64,000 nucleotides of DNA from Candidatus Latescibacterota bacterium (lineage in GTDB: Bacteria; Latescibacterota; UBA2968): assembly GCA_965222605.1 (NCBI GenBank), contig OZ244960.1, forward strand, positions 3,776,001 to 3,840,000, in the 5' to 3' direction. Of this stretch, positions 39,504 through 47,836 are shown piece after piece. Position 1 is the first letter of the stretch; each line of letters opens with the position of its first letter. The position numbers and the translations under genes are program-made. A model generated the notes under the pieces. It was not told where the DNA came from. It made no database searches and worked only from the letters and a program-made list of their open reading frames with translations.

Positions 39504-40358
39504 ATGGACGCGAGATGTTTGGATTATTGCGTGACGGAAGAGGAGCGGTTGAAGTTTGAGCGCGATGGGTTTTTGATAATTGAAGATGTGTTGCCAGAGG
39601 ATCTGGTAGATGAGTTGGTTCCCGTTGTAGATCGGGTGGATGGCGCGCATCGGGAGCGAGAGGGCATGGGGCCAGATAAGCGGTCCAATATGCTGGATTT
39701 TATCGGCCATGACGATTTGTTTTTGGAATTGCTCGATTGGTACAAGACATTTCCAAAGGTATGGGGGTTGCTGAATTGGAATATTCAGCTTTACCATTCT
39801 CACATGATTGTGACGCCTCCTGTTGGTCCTGGAAAATCGCTTGAGAAGGATGGACCGGGGCTTGGGTTTCACCAGGATAGCGGTCGCCTCAATCTCGATA
39901 TTGAGACGAGTCCGCGTCCGAGGATTTCGCTGAAGGTGGCGTTCTTTTTGTCGGATGCCTCACAACCCGGTCGCGGGAATTTTGTTGTGGCTCCCGGTTC
40001 GCATCTGGGCAATGTGTTTCCGGGCGAAAGTCGCTCAGAAATGCCCGAGGGCGGTATGCAGGTGTGTGTGCCGAAAGGCAGTGCGGTTATTTTTGATCGG
40101 CGTATCTGGCATTCGAGCAGTACCAATTATTGGGATTCGCCCAGGCGAACGCTGTTTTACGGCTATAGCTATCGCTGGTTGCGGCCCCGCGATAATATGA
40201 CGGTGGATCACTTTTTGGAGCGTTGCGATCCCATTCGCCAGCAGTTGTTGGGGGCGAGTCCTTCGGGTGGTTTTGGCTATACGTCGCCCAAACCCCAAGA
40301 TGTGCCTTTGAAGACGTGGATCGAAGCGCATGTGGGTGAAAAAGCGGTGGCGGCTTAA
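39504..40358 (+). CDS. PhyH family dioxygenase
   Basis: FERDGF, FHQD, PGSH, FDRRIWH. Confidence 0.87.
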   Translation: MDARCLDYCVTEEERLKFERDGFLIIEDVLPEDLVDELVPVVDRVDGAHREREGMGPDKRSNMLDFIGHDDLFLELLDWYKTFPKVWGLLNWNIQLYHSHMIVTPPVGPGKSLEKDGPGLGFHQDSGRLNLDIETSPRPRISLKVAFFLSDASQPGRGNFVVAPGSHLGNVFPGESRSEMPEGGMQVCVPKGSAVIFDRRIWHSSSTNYWDSPRRTLFYGYSYRWLRPRDNMTVDHFLERCDPIRQQLLGASPSGGFGYTSPKPQDVPLKTWIEAHVGEKAVAA

Positions 40359-40696
40359 GATGATTGTGTCTGCAGGATATCAGCGAGTGTATCGGTTGTC
40401 CATTGATTGATGCTTTTTCCGCTGACTTCAGCAGCTATGGCAATTGCTGCGTGAACTTCTGGTGGAAGGCGCAACATCAGATTTCCAGAATAGGGCTTTT
40501 GTGGAGGGCGATTTAATTTTTCACAGGTTTCGAGATAATCCTCTACGGCTTCTTCAAAAGCGGTACGCAGTTGTGCCACTGAATCGCCATGGAAACCTAC
40601 GATATCGTTAATGCCCGCTATGTGACCAATAAAGCAATGGTCTTCATCGCTGTATTCAATGCGAGCCGCACATCCTTTATGTGTCATAGTATTCAT
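40355..40696 (-). CDS. hicB: HicB antitoxin
   Basis: FEEAVEDYLETC...KPYSGNLMLR...SINQW. Confidence 0.9.
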   Translation of the reverse strand: MNTMTHKGCAARIEYSDEDHCFIGHIAGINDIVGFHGDSVAQLRTAFEEAVEDYLETCEKLNRPPQKPYSGNLMLRLPPEVHAAIAIAAEVSGKSINQWTTDTLADILQTQSS

Positions 40697-40947
40697 GGTG
40701 TTATTCCCGCTTGTAGTAGAAAGCGTTTGGCATCACGCACTTGATATGGCTTTGCCTCTTTCTGGGGATGAGGACGATGAAAAGTAGCGACAACGCGATT
40801 CAGTTCAAATCTCACGCGCGAACCTCTGCCTTCAATAGTTCTGGCTCCAAGTGCTTTGAAAAGGGATTCGATACGCCGCCATTCCAATGTGGAGGGAACG
40901 GGCGTTCTGAAGATATCGTTTAAGGTGTTCTGGTGACGTCTGTTCAT
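40693..40947 (-). CDS. hicA: HicA toxin
   Basis: EGRGSRVRF...FHRPHPQKE; ATGA overlap with hicB. Confidence 0.9.
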   Translation of the reverse strand: MNRRHQNTLNDIFRTPVPSTLEWRRIESLFKALGARTIEGRGSRVRFELNRVVATFHRPHPQKEAKPYQVRDAKRFLLQAGITP

Positions 40948-41008
40948 TGTTTAGATGATAGCAGAATATGATATCATTGACAAGTGTTTTGTATAGAGGG
41001 AGTGTATC

Positions 41009-41770
41009 ATGGGGTTGCTTACTCATGATGAGAAGCAATTTTTCAAAGATAATGGGTATCTCATTAAGCGGGATGTTTTGCCTGAAGACTTGATTGAACG
41101 CGCTGTGGATGGCCTGTGGCACGGTGTTTGGGCAGATCGCAGCGATCCTCAGACTTGGGTAAATGCGGAGCCTAAGAAGCCCGAGAGCAGTGATCCGACT
41201 TTGCACCGATCAATTGTGTATGATTACGGTGTGTTTGATATGGCCGAAGAGATGACGGGCAAAGGGCGGTTGGCCGAGTGGGCTGATCCGGCGCCATTGT
41301 TCCGCTATCCCACGGGTGACGAGCGTTGGTCAACGCCTTCGGGCGGGCATGTAGATGGCTATGGGCAAAAGGATTTGACGGTGGCTGGTTTTACGGTTGC
41401 CGCGACCGTGTATCTCAATGATATCAAGTCTCGCTCGGGGGGATTTTGCGTGTGGCCCGGTACGCATGCAAAGATTGCGGATTATTTTAAGTCGCATTCT
41501 TTGCTGAGTGTGAACCGCCAGTTTTTAGATCCCAATGAGCCGCCTAATCAGATTCACATGGGGACGATTATTGATTTGCCCGATCCAATGGAGATCACAG
41601 GTCCTGCAGGGACGGTAGTTTTCTGGCACGGCTTGATGGTTCACAGCGCGAGTAAGAATTGTAGCCGAGATATTCGTATGGGGTTGTTTACGCGGTTTAA
41701 GTGGAAAAATTGGAATGACTTGCAGTTTGAGACGCCAAATGATATGTGGGAATATTGGGAGGGGTTGTAG
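41009..41770 (+). CDS. PhyH family dioxygenase, paralogue of 35853-36593
   Basis: HVDG...WHGLMVH; shared tail LQFETPxDMWEYWE. Confidence 0.85.
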   Translation: MGLLTHDEKQFFKDNGYLIKRDVLPEDLIERAVDGLWHGVWADRSDPQTWVNAEPKKPESSDPTLHRSIVYDYGVFDMAEEMTGKGRLAEWADPAPLFRYPTGDERWSTPSGGHVDGYGQKDLTVAGFTVAATVYLNDIKSRSGGFCVWPGTHAKIADYFKSHSLLSVNRQFLDPNEPPNQIHMGTIIDLPDPMEITGPAGTVVFWHGLMVHSASKNCSRDIRMGLFTRFKWKNWNDLQFETPNDMWEYWEGL

Positions 41771-41794
41771 TGGGCGAATCTTTGGAGCAATTGT

Positions 41795-43261
41795 ATGTCC
41801 GATAGACCCAATATTATTTTTATTTTGACTGATCAACATCGGTTGTCGGGCGTGGGTGCTTATGGCGAGACGCCATGCCGAACGCCCAATATTGATCGCC
41901 TTGCGGCAGAGGGCGTGTTGTTTGAAAATGCTTATACGGTTTATCCTGTGTGTAGTCCGGCTCGTGGTACGTTGCAAACCGGCGTGTATCCACATACCCA
42001 TGGCATTACGTCAAATATCCACGAGGTGGGGTGTAGTGTTCACGAGTTAGAGGATCGGCCCGAACTTTTGTCGCGGCGTCTGCAAGCGGCGGGGTACGGG
42101 ACGGGATATACGGGAAAGTGGCATCTCGGCTCTGAGAAGACACGGACATTTCAGGGGTCTAACAGGCCGTCTTCGCCTTCGCGTATCGGGTATGAAGGTC
42201 AGGATTTTGTCGGGCATGGCGGGGCTGGTTCGAGCTATTCGGATTATCGGGCATGGGCGCGGGCAAAGGGTTATGAGCCGGGCGTGAAGCCCTGGGCTGA
42301 GGCGACTACGAGGGTCCGCAATGGAGTCGGTGAGTTGACTGTGCCAACTGAGGCGACTGTGCCGGCTTATCTGGTGGATAATGTGATTGAGATGAGCAGG
42401 TCGTTTCGGGGACGGGATTTGCCATATTTTGTCAGTTTGAATTTTTGGGGACCACATGGACCGTATCACGCGACGGGTGAGTTTCTGGACTGGTATCGGG
42501 ATGTGGAGATTCCGCCGTGGGGAAATTACGAGTGGCCCTCGCGGGAGATTCCCGGTCCGCATCATTTGAAGATTCACTGGGATAAGGAAAATTTGACGTG
42601 GGAAGATTGGGCAATGGCGGTGCGCTATTATTATGCGCGGGTGTCGATGATTGACAGTCAGATTGGTCGGCTGTACGATTATTTGAAGGCGAGTGGGGAA
42701 TTGGATCATACGGTTCTGATTTTTACGGCGGATCACGGCGAGACTCTGGGCAGTCACGGGGGGTTGCTGGATAAGGGATGGCATCATTTTGAAGAGACGC
42801 ATCATGTTCCGATGATTATTCGGCTGCCGGATGGTTCGCATGCGGGCGAGCGCGTTTCAGAGTTTGCTTCGCTGGCTGATATGTATCCCACGATTTTGGA
42901 TCTGGCTGGTGGACATTACGATGGGGATGCGATTCACGGTGCGTCGCTGTTGCCGCTTGTTCGCGGTGAGGCGACGGCTTGGCGCGATGCTGTGGTGACT
43001 GAGTTTTTGGGTTTGGGCAATGTCGCTACGTCGATGAAAATGCTGCGTATGGGAGATTTAAAATACGGGTGTAATTTGACGGGGCAGGACGAGTTGTACG
43101 ATCTGGCAAATGATCCCTATGAGATGAATAATGTGATTAGTGATCCCGATTATGCCGATGATGTGGTGCGATTGAAGGCGCGATTGCAGCAGTGGATGGT
43201 GGAGACAAATGATCCGGCTTTGCGAATGTATCGCTGGCGCGAGCGAGAGGCGATTGGATAG
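41795..43261 (+). CDS. Sulfatase (Cys-type)
   Basis: PNIIFILTD, CSPARGTLQTG, GKWH, TADHG. Confidence 0.92.
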   Translation: MSDRPNIIFILTDQHRLSGVGAYGETPCRTPNIDRLAAEGVLFENAYTVYPVCSPARGTLQTGVYPHTHGITSNIHEVGCSVHELEDRPELLSRRLQAAGYGTGYTGKWHLGSEKTRTFQGSNRPSSPSRIGYEGQDFVGHGGAGSSYSDYRAWARAKGYEPGVKPWAEATTRVRNGVGELTVPTEATVPAYLVDNVIEMSRSFRGRDLPYFVSLNFWGPHGPYHATGEFLDWYRDVEIPPWGNYEWPSREIPGPHHLKIHWDKENLTWEDWAMAVRYYYARVSMIDSQIGRLYDYLKASGELDHTVLIFTADHGETLGSHGGLLDKGWHHFEETHHVPMIIRLPDGSHAGERVSEFASLADMYPTILDLAGGHYDGDAIHGASLLPLVRGEATAWRDAVVTEFLGLGNVATSMKMLRMGDLKYGCNLTGQDELYDLANDPYEMNNVISDPDYADDVVRLKARLQQWMVETNDPALRMYRWREREAIG

Positions 43262-43323
43262 GACTTTTGATTCTCATCCGCTATCCTGTCTATACTGTGG
43301 TATTGCACAAAGGAGAGATTCCC

Positions 43324-43614
43324 ATGCGAAAACAAATTATTCAATATACTTCGCCCATTGATGCACTGGTTGCAGTGACAAAGCGGTTGAGTACCTATGA
43401 GAGTCGGCAGCAGATGGACTCGGAGGAGTTCTTTGACCAGTATAGCCGGGGACAATTGTCAGATGACATTGTATTTGTAGAGTGGGCGAACGATTATCGC
43501 CACTATTTAGAACTCCGTCAAAAATTAGAGAAAATCCTGCCCGATACTGTGATACCCTCGGACAAACCAGACATTGATCAAATAATAAAAGAAGCTGAAG
43601 AGGCACGCAGGTAA
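43324..43614 (+). CDS. Orphan TumA-like antitoxin with atypical tail
   Basis: LSTYESRQQMDSEEFF...FVEWA pattern; no toxin gene follows. Confidence 0.6.
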   Translation: MRKQIIQYTSPIDALVAVTKRLSTYESRQQMDSEEFFDQYSRGQLSDDIVFVEWANDYRHYLELRQKLEKILPDTVIPSDKPDIDQIIKEAEEARR

Positions 43615-43637
43615 ATGGATAATGCGATGGAGGTGTT

Positions 43638-44111
43638 ATGAAAAAAAATAAGGATTGGCGAAATCAGGGAGTGCGGGTGGTGACGGGTGATCAGTTGGAT
43701 TTTAATACGCCGCAGACGCCGGGGATGACGCGGGCCGCGGCGATTAATCGCGCGAGTGCGGGTGCTGAAAAGCTGTGGGCGGGTACGGTTGAGATTCATC
43801 CGAATGCAAAGACCGGCGCGCATCATCACGGGGCACTGGAGAGTGTGATTTATGTGGTGCGCGGCAGGGCGCGCATGCGATGGGGCGATCAGTTGGAGTA
43901 TGTGGCAGAAGCGGGACCGGGTGATTTTATCTATGTGCCGCCTTATGTGCCGCATCAAGAGATCAATGCCAGCAAAGATGAACCTCTGGAATGCGTGCTG
44001 GTGCGCAGCGATCAGGAGCCTGTGGTGGTGAATCTGGATATTCCGGTTGTTGAAGAACCCGAGAACGTGTATTGGGTTGATCCGATACATCCGGATCCGA
44101 ACACTGATTGA
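43638..44111 (+). CDS. Cupin domain protein
   Basis: HHHGALES and PGDFIYVPPYVPHQE. Confidence 0.88.
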   Translation: MKKNKDWRNQGVRVVTGDQLDFNTPQTPGMTRAAAINRASAGAEKLWAGTVEIHPNAKTGAHHHGALESVIYVVRGRARMRWGDQLEYVAEAGPGDFIYVPPYVPHQEINASKDEPLECVLVRSDQEPVVVNLDIPVVEEPENVYWVDPIHPDPNTD

Positions 44112-44122
44112 CGAGGCCGTTT

Positions 44123-47100
44123 ATGGCAGATCAATTTTTTGAACATCCCATCCTCAATTCTCCCTACTACTGTCCAACGCGGCACTGGGAACTTGACGAT
44201 CAGGGCCAGCCAACACAGCGCATTGTTGAAAGCCGGCGGCGTGCAGATTTTATCACGCCTATTCCAAAGCCGAAGAAGCGCGGGGCGTCGAAGCGTCAGC
44301 AGCAGATTGTCTTTGACGAGGGTAAGGGACTATCTACTGAGGATCAGCAGTACGATGTTACGGCGATGGTAAATGAGATTCGGCGGCATGTCGATGGATG
44401 GCGAAGTCTGCCAAATCCCAATGATTGGCGTGTGACACCCGAAACCGCGCGTTTGCTCGTGCATTGGAGACACCATCACTTTAGCGATATTCGCCCGTTT
44501 TTCTGTCAGATTGAGGCGGTTGAGACAGCCATTTATCTGACTGAGGTCGCGCCAAATTTGGGGCAGTTGGGAAGGCGTTTAAGGGATCATCTTGCCAATG
44601 CCAATAATGACGCCAACCCGGAACTTATGCGCCTGGCACTGAAGATGGCTACCGGTGCTGGCAAGACCACTGTTATGGCGATGATTATTGCCTGGCAGAC
44701 AATTAACGCGGTGCGGCATCCCAATAGCAGAAGGTTCACGCGGGGGTTCCTGGTCATGACTCCCGGCATCACAATCAAAGATCGCCTGCGCGTACTTTTG
44801 CCCAATGATCCGGATAGCTACTATGCGAATCGAGAGTTGGTGCCGCAGGACATGCTCGGCGACCTCGACCGCGCTAAGATTGTCATTACCAACTACCACG
44901 CGCTGAGAAGGCGCGAAAGAATAGAGATTTCCAGAGGGGGTAGAGGACTTCTGCAAGGGCAGGGACCCGCACTCAATACGATGGAGACCGAGGGGCAGAT
45001 GATTCAGCGGGTTATGCCTGAGCTTATGGGTATCAGAAATATCAATGTGCTCAACGACGAGGGACACCACTGCTACCGGGAGAAGGTGGAAAAAGATGAT
45101 GAAGGACGGTTGACGGGAGACGACCGGCAAGAAGCAAATAAGAACAACGAGGCCGCCCGTGTGTGGATTTCAGGACTTGAGATGGTCAAGCGCAAGCTGG
45201 GTATCAGGCAAGTTATGGATTTGTCAGCGACGCCCTTTTTTCTTCGCGGGTCGGGCTATGCCGAGGGGACGCTGTTCCCATGGACGGTGAGCGATTTTTC
45301 GCTGATGGACGCGATTGAGTGTGGTATTGTCAAACTACCGCGTGTGCCCGTGGCTGACAATATACCCGGTGGAGATATGCCCAAGTTCCGCAATTTGTGG
45401 GATCACATCGGCACCGATATGCCCAGAGGAGGACGCCGCACAGCAAATAATCTCGATCCTTTAAGCCTACCCGTACCGTTGCAGACCGCGCTGGAGGCTC
45501 TCTATGGTCACTATGAGAAGACTGACGCATTGTGGGAAAAAGGCAAAGTGCTCGTTCCGCCCTGTTTTATTCTGGTTTGCAATAACACCTCAACCTCGAA
45601 GTTGGTCTATGATTACATATCGGGTTTTTACCGCGAGAATGAAGATGGTTCGAAGATGCTGGAGAATGGACGCTTGCCGCTGTTTCGCAACTTCGACGAG
45701 GTTGGTGACCGCCTCCCCATTCCCCCTACTTTGCTGATAGATAGCGAACAACTGGAATCTGGCGACGCTCTGGACAAGAATTTCCGCAAGATGGCTTCCG
45801 ACGAGATCGAACGCTTTCGCAGGGAGATCGTCGAGCGCACTGGCGATGTTCGCCAGGCCGAAAATATTACGGATCAGGATTTGCTTAGAGAGGTGATGAA
45901 TACAGTAGGCAAAGAAGGCCGGCTCGGTGAGTCTATTCGCTGTGTTGTATCGGTTTCCATGCTCACTGAGGGTTGGGATGCCAACAATGTCACTCATGTT
46001 CTTGGCGTGCGGGCTTTTGGAACGCAACTTTTGTGCGAGCAGGTTATTGGTCGCGCGTTGCGCCGCCAGTCTTATGATTTGAACGCGGACGGTCTGTTTG
46101 ATGTCGAATATGCCGATGTACTGGGGATCCCGTTTGATTTCACTGCGAAGCCAGTCGTTGCGCCGCCGCAGCCACCGCGGAAGACTGTCCAGGTCAAGGC
46201 GGTTACGCCAGAACGCGATGGGTGCGAGATTCGCTTTCCTCGTGTGGCGGGTTATCGGGTTGAGCTTCCGAGGGAGAAACTCAGGGCAGATTTTACCGAT
46301 GATTCGACACTGATACTCACGCCCGAACTCGTTGGGCCAACCAATACGAGAAACGAGGGTATCATTGGTGAGGGGGTCAATCTGAATCTTGAGCGTCTGG
46401 AGTCCATGCGTCCGGCCACGCTGGCGTTTCGCCTCACCAAGCATCTGATCTATACGAAGTGGCGCGATTCGGGCGAGGAGCCATCGTTGAATTTGTTCGG
46501 CCAGTTCAAGCGGATAACGAGCGAATGGCTGGATACTTGTCTCGTTTGCAAGGGCGGAACGTATCCGGCGCAGCTTGTGTACCAGAAACTGGCAGATATG
46601 GCTTGTGAGCGCATCAAAGACGCTATTAACCGCACACACATTGGCGAGCGTCCTATCAAGGTTCTGTTCGATTCCTATAACCCGATGGGTTCGAGCAGGC
46701 ATGTGAATTTCAGTACGTCCAAAACGAGGCGATGGCAGACCGATTCTCGTAAGTGTCACGTCAATTGGGTCGTTCTGGACAGCGATTGGGAGGCCGAGTT
46801 TTGCCGCGTGGCTGAGTCTCATCCGAAGGTGCAGGCTTATGTGAAGAATCACAACCTGGGGCTGGAGGTTCCCTATCGCTACGGTTCCAATACGCGCACG
46901 TACATTCCCGATTTCATTGTCCTGGTGGATGATGGGCAGGACGATCCCCTGCACCTCGTCGTCGAGATTAAGGGCTATCGCGGTGAGGATGCCAAGGTGA
47001 AGAAAAGCACGATGGAGACCTATTGGGTCCCCGGTGTGAATGGTCTTAGAGAATATGGACGCTGGGCCTTTGTCGAGTTTACGGATGTGTATGAGATTGA

Positions 47101-47269
47101 AAAGGAGTTCAACACGCTCATTGATCGCTTCAGTATCAGCGCAATAGGCACGCAGCCACGGGATGCTAAGACTTCTAATTTCAAAGATTTACTGGCATCC
47201 TGCCCGATTGATGGGATTGATATTGATCAGCTTCGTACGCGCGAATTGCCACGCGAGATTGAGTTGTAA
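44123..47269 (+). CDS. Type III restriction subunit-like helicase-nuclease (BPTD_3080-like)
   Basis: ATGAGKT, DEGHH, SAT, EGWD, QVIGRALR, PD...EIKG nuclease; extra tail of about 45 aa. Confidence 0.9.
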   Translation: MADQFFEHPILNSPYYCPTRHWELDDQGQPTQRIVESRRRADFITPIPKPKKRGASKRQQQIVFDEGKGLSTEDQQYDVTAMVNEIRRHVDGWRSLPNPNDWRVTPETARLLVHWRHHHFSDIRPFFCQIEAVETAIYLTEVAPNLGQLGRRLRDHLANANNDANPELMRLALKMATGAGKTTVMAMIIAWQTINAVRHPNSRRFTRGFLVMTPGITIKDRLRVLLPNDPDSYYANRELVPQDMLGDLDRAKIVITNYHALRRRERIEISRGGRGLLQGQGPALNTMETEGQMIQRVMPELMGIRNINVLNDEGHHCYREKVEKDDEGRLTGDDRQEANKNNEAARVWISGLEMVKRKLGIRQVMDLSATPFFLRGSGYAEGTLFPWTVSDFSLMDAIECGIVKLPRVPVADNIPGGDMPKFRNLWDHIGTDMPRGGRRTANNLDPLSLPVPLQTALEALYGHYEKTDALWEKGKVLVPPCFILVCNNTSTSKLVYDYISGFYRENEDGSKMLENGRLPLFRNFDEVGDRLPIPPTLLIDSEQLESGDALDKNFRKMASDEIERFRREIVERTGDVRQAENITDQDLLREVMNTVGKEGRLGESIRCVVSVSMLTEGWDANNVTHVLGVRAFGTQLLCEQVIGRALRRQSYDLNADGLFDVEYADVLGIPFDFTAKPVVAPPQPPRKTVQVKAVTPERDGCEIRFPRVAGYRVELPREKLRADFTDDSTLILTPELVGPTNTRNEGIIGEGVNLNLERLESMRPATLAFRLTKHLIYTKWRDSGEEPSLNLFGQFKRITSEWLDTCLVCKGGTYPAQLVYQKLADMACERIKDAINRTHIGERPIKVLFDSYNPMGSSRHVNFSTSKTRRWQTDSRKCHVNWVVLDSDWEAEFCRVAESHPKVQAYVKNHNLGLEVPYRYGSNTRTYIPDFIVLVDDGQDDPLHLVVEIKGYRGEDAKVKKSTMETYWVPGVNGLREYGRWAFVEFTDVYEIEKEFNTLIDRFSISAIGTQPRDAKTSNFKDLLASCPIDGIDIDQLRTRELPREIEL

Positions 47270-47679
47270 TGTTCTTACTCGATACCAATATCATCTCGGA
47301 AATACGCAAGGGCGACCGCTGCGATGGGCGGGTTGCAACTTGGTATGCCGGTATCAAGGGAGCCGATCTATTTCTCAGCGTGCTGGTGACCGGCGAGATT
47401 CGCAAAGGAATAGAGTTGATCCGCGATCGAGATTTACAGCAGGCAGAGGCTTTGGAACGCTGGTTGCAAGAGGTCTTACAGTCATTTTCTGGACGCATTC
47501 TGCCAATTGATGCCAAAGTTGCTGACACTTGGGGCCAGATGAACGCCATCCGGCCTATTCCTGTTATTGACGGCCTTTTGGTCGCCACTGCCAAAGTGCA
47601 TGACATGACTTTGGTGACACGCAACTCTGACGATATTAAAGGCTTAAGTGCAAGTGTGCTTAATCCATTCAGCGAGTAA
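47269..47679 (+). CDS. vapC: VapC PIN-domain toxin
   Basis: LLDTNIISE, GEIRKG, DGLLVATA, LVTRN..D, NPF; TAATG overlap with res. Confidence 0.92.
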   Translation: MFLLDTNIISEIRKGDRCDGRVATWYAGIKGADLFLSVLVTGEIRKGIELIRDRDLQQAEALERWLQEVLQSFSGRILPIDAKVADTWGQMNAIRPIPVIDGLLVATAKVHDMTLVTRNSDDIKGLSASVLNPFSE

Positions 47680-47836
47680 TATCGCCAGAATCGTTTTTAG
47701 TTGGACTCATAAGGGACAAGAAGTAAAGGTAATCAGGATGAATAGAGATGAGATATTGACTCTCCTTCGAGCGCAACCGTGGGAATGGATCAAGCCGGGT
47801 TTGTCACCGACACACTCACTAAGCAAGGATATGTAG

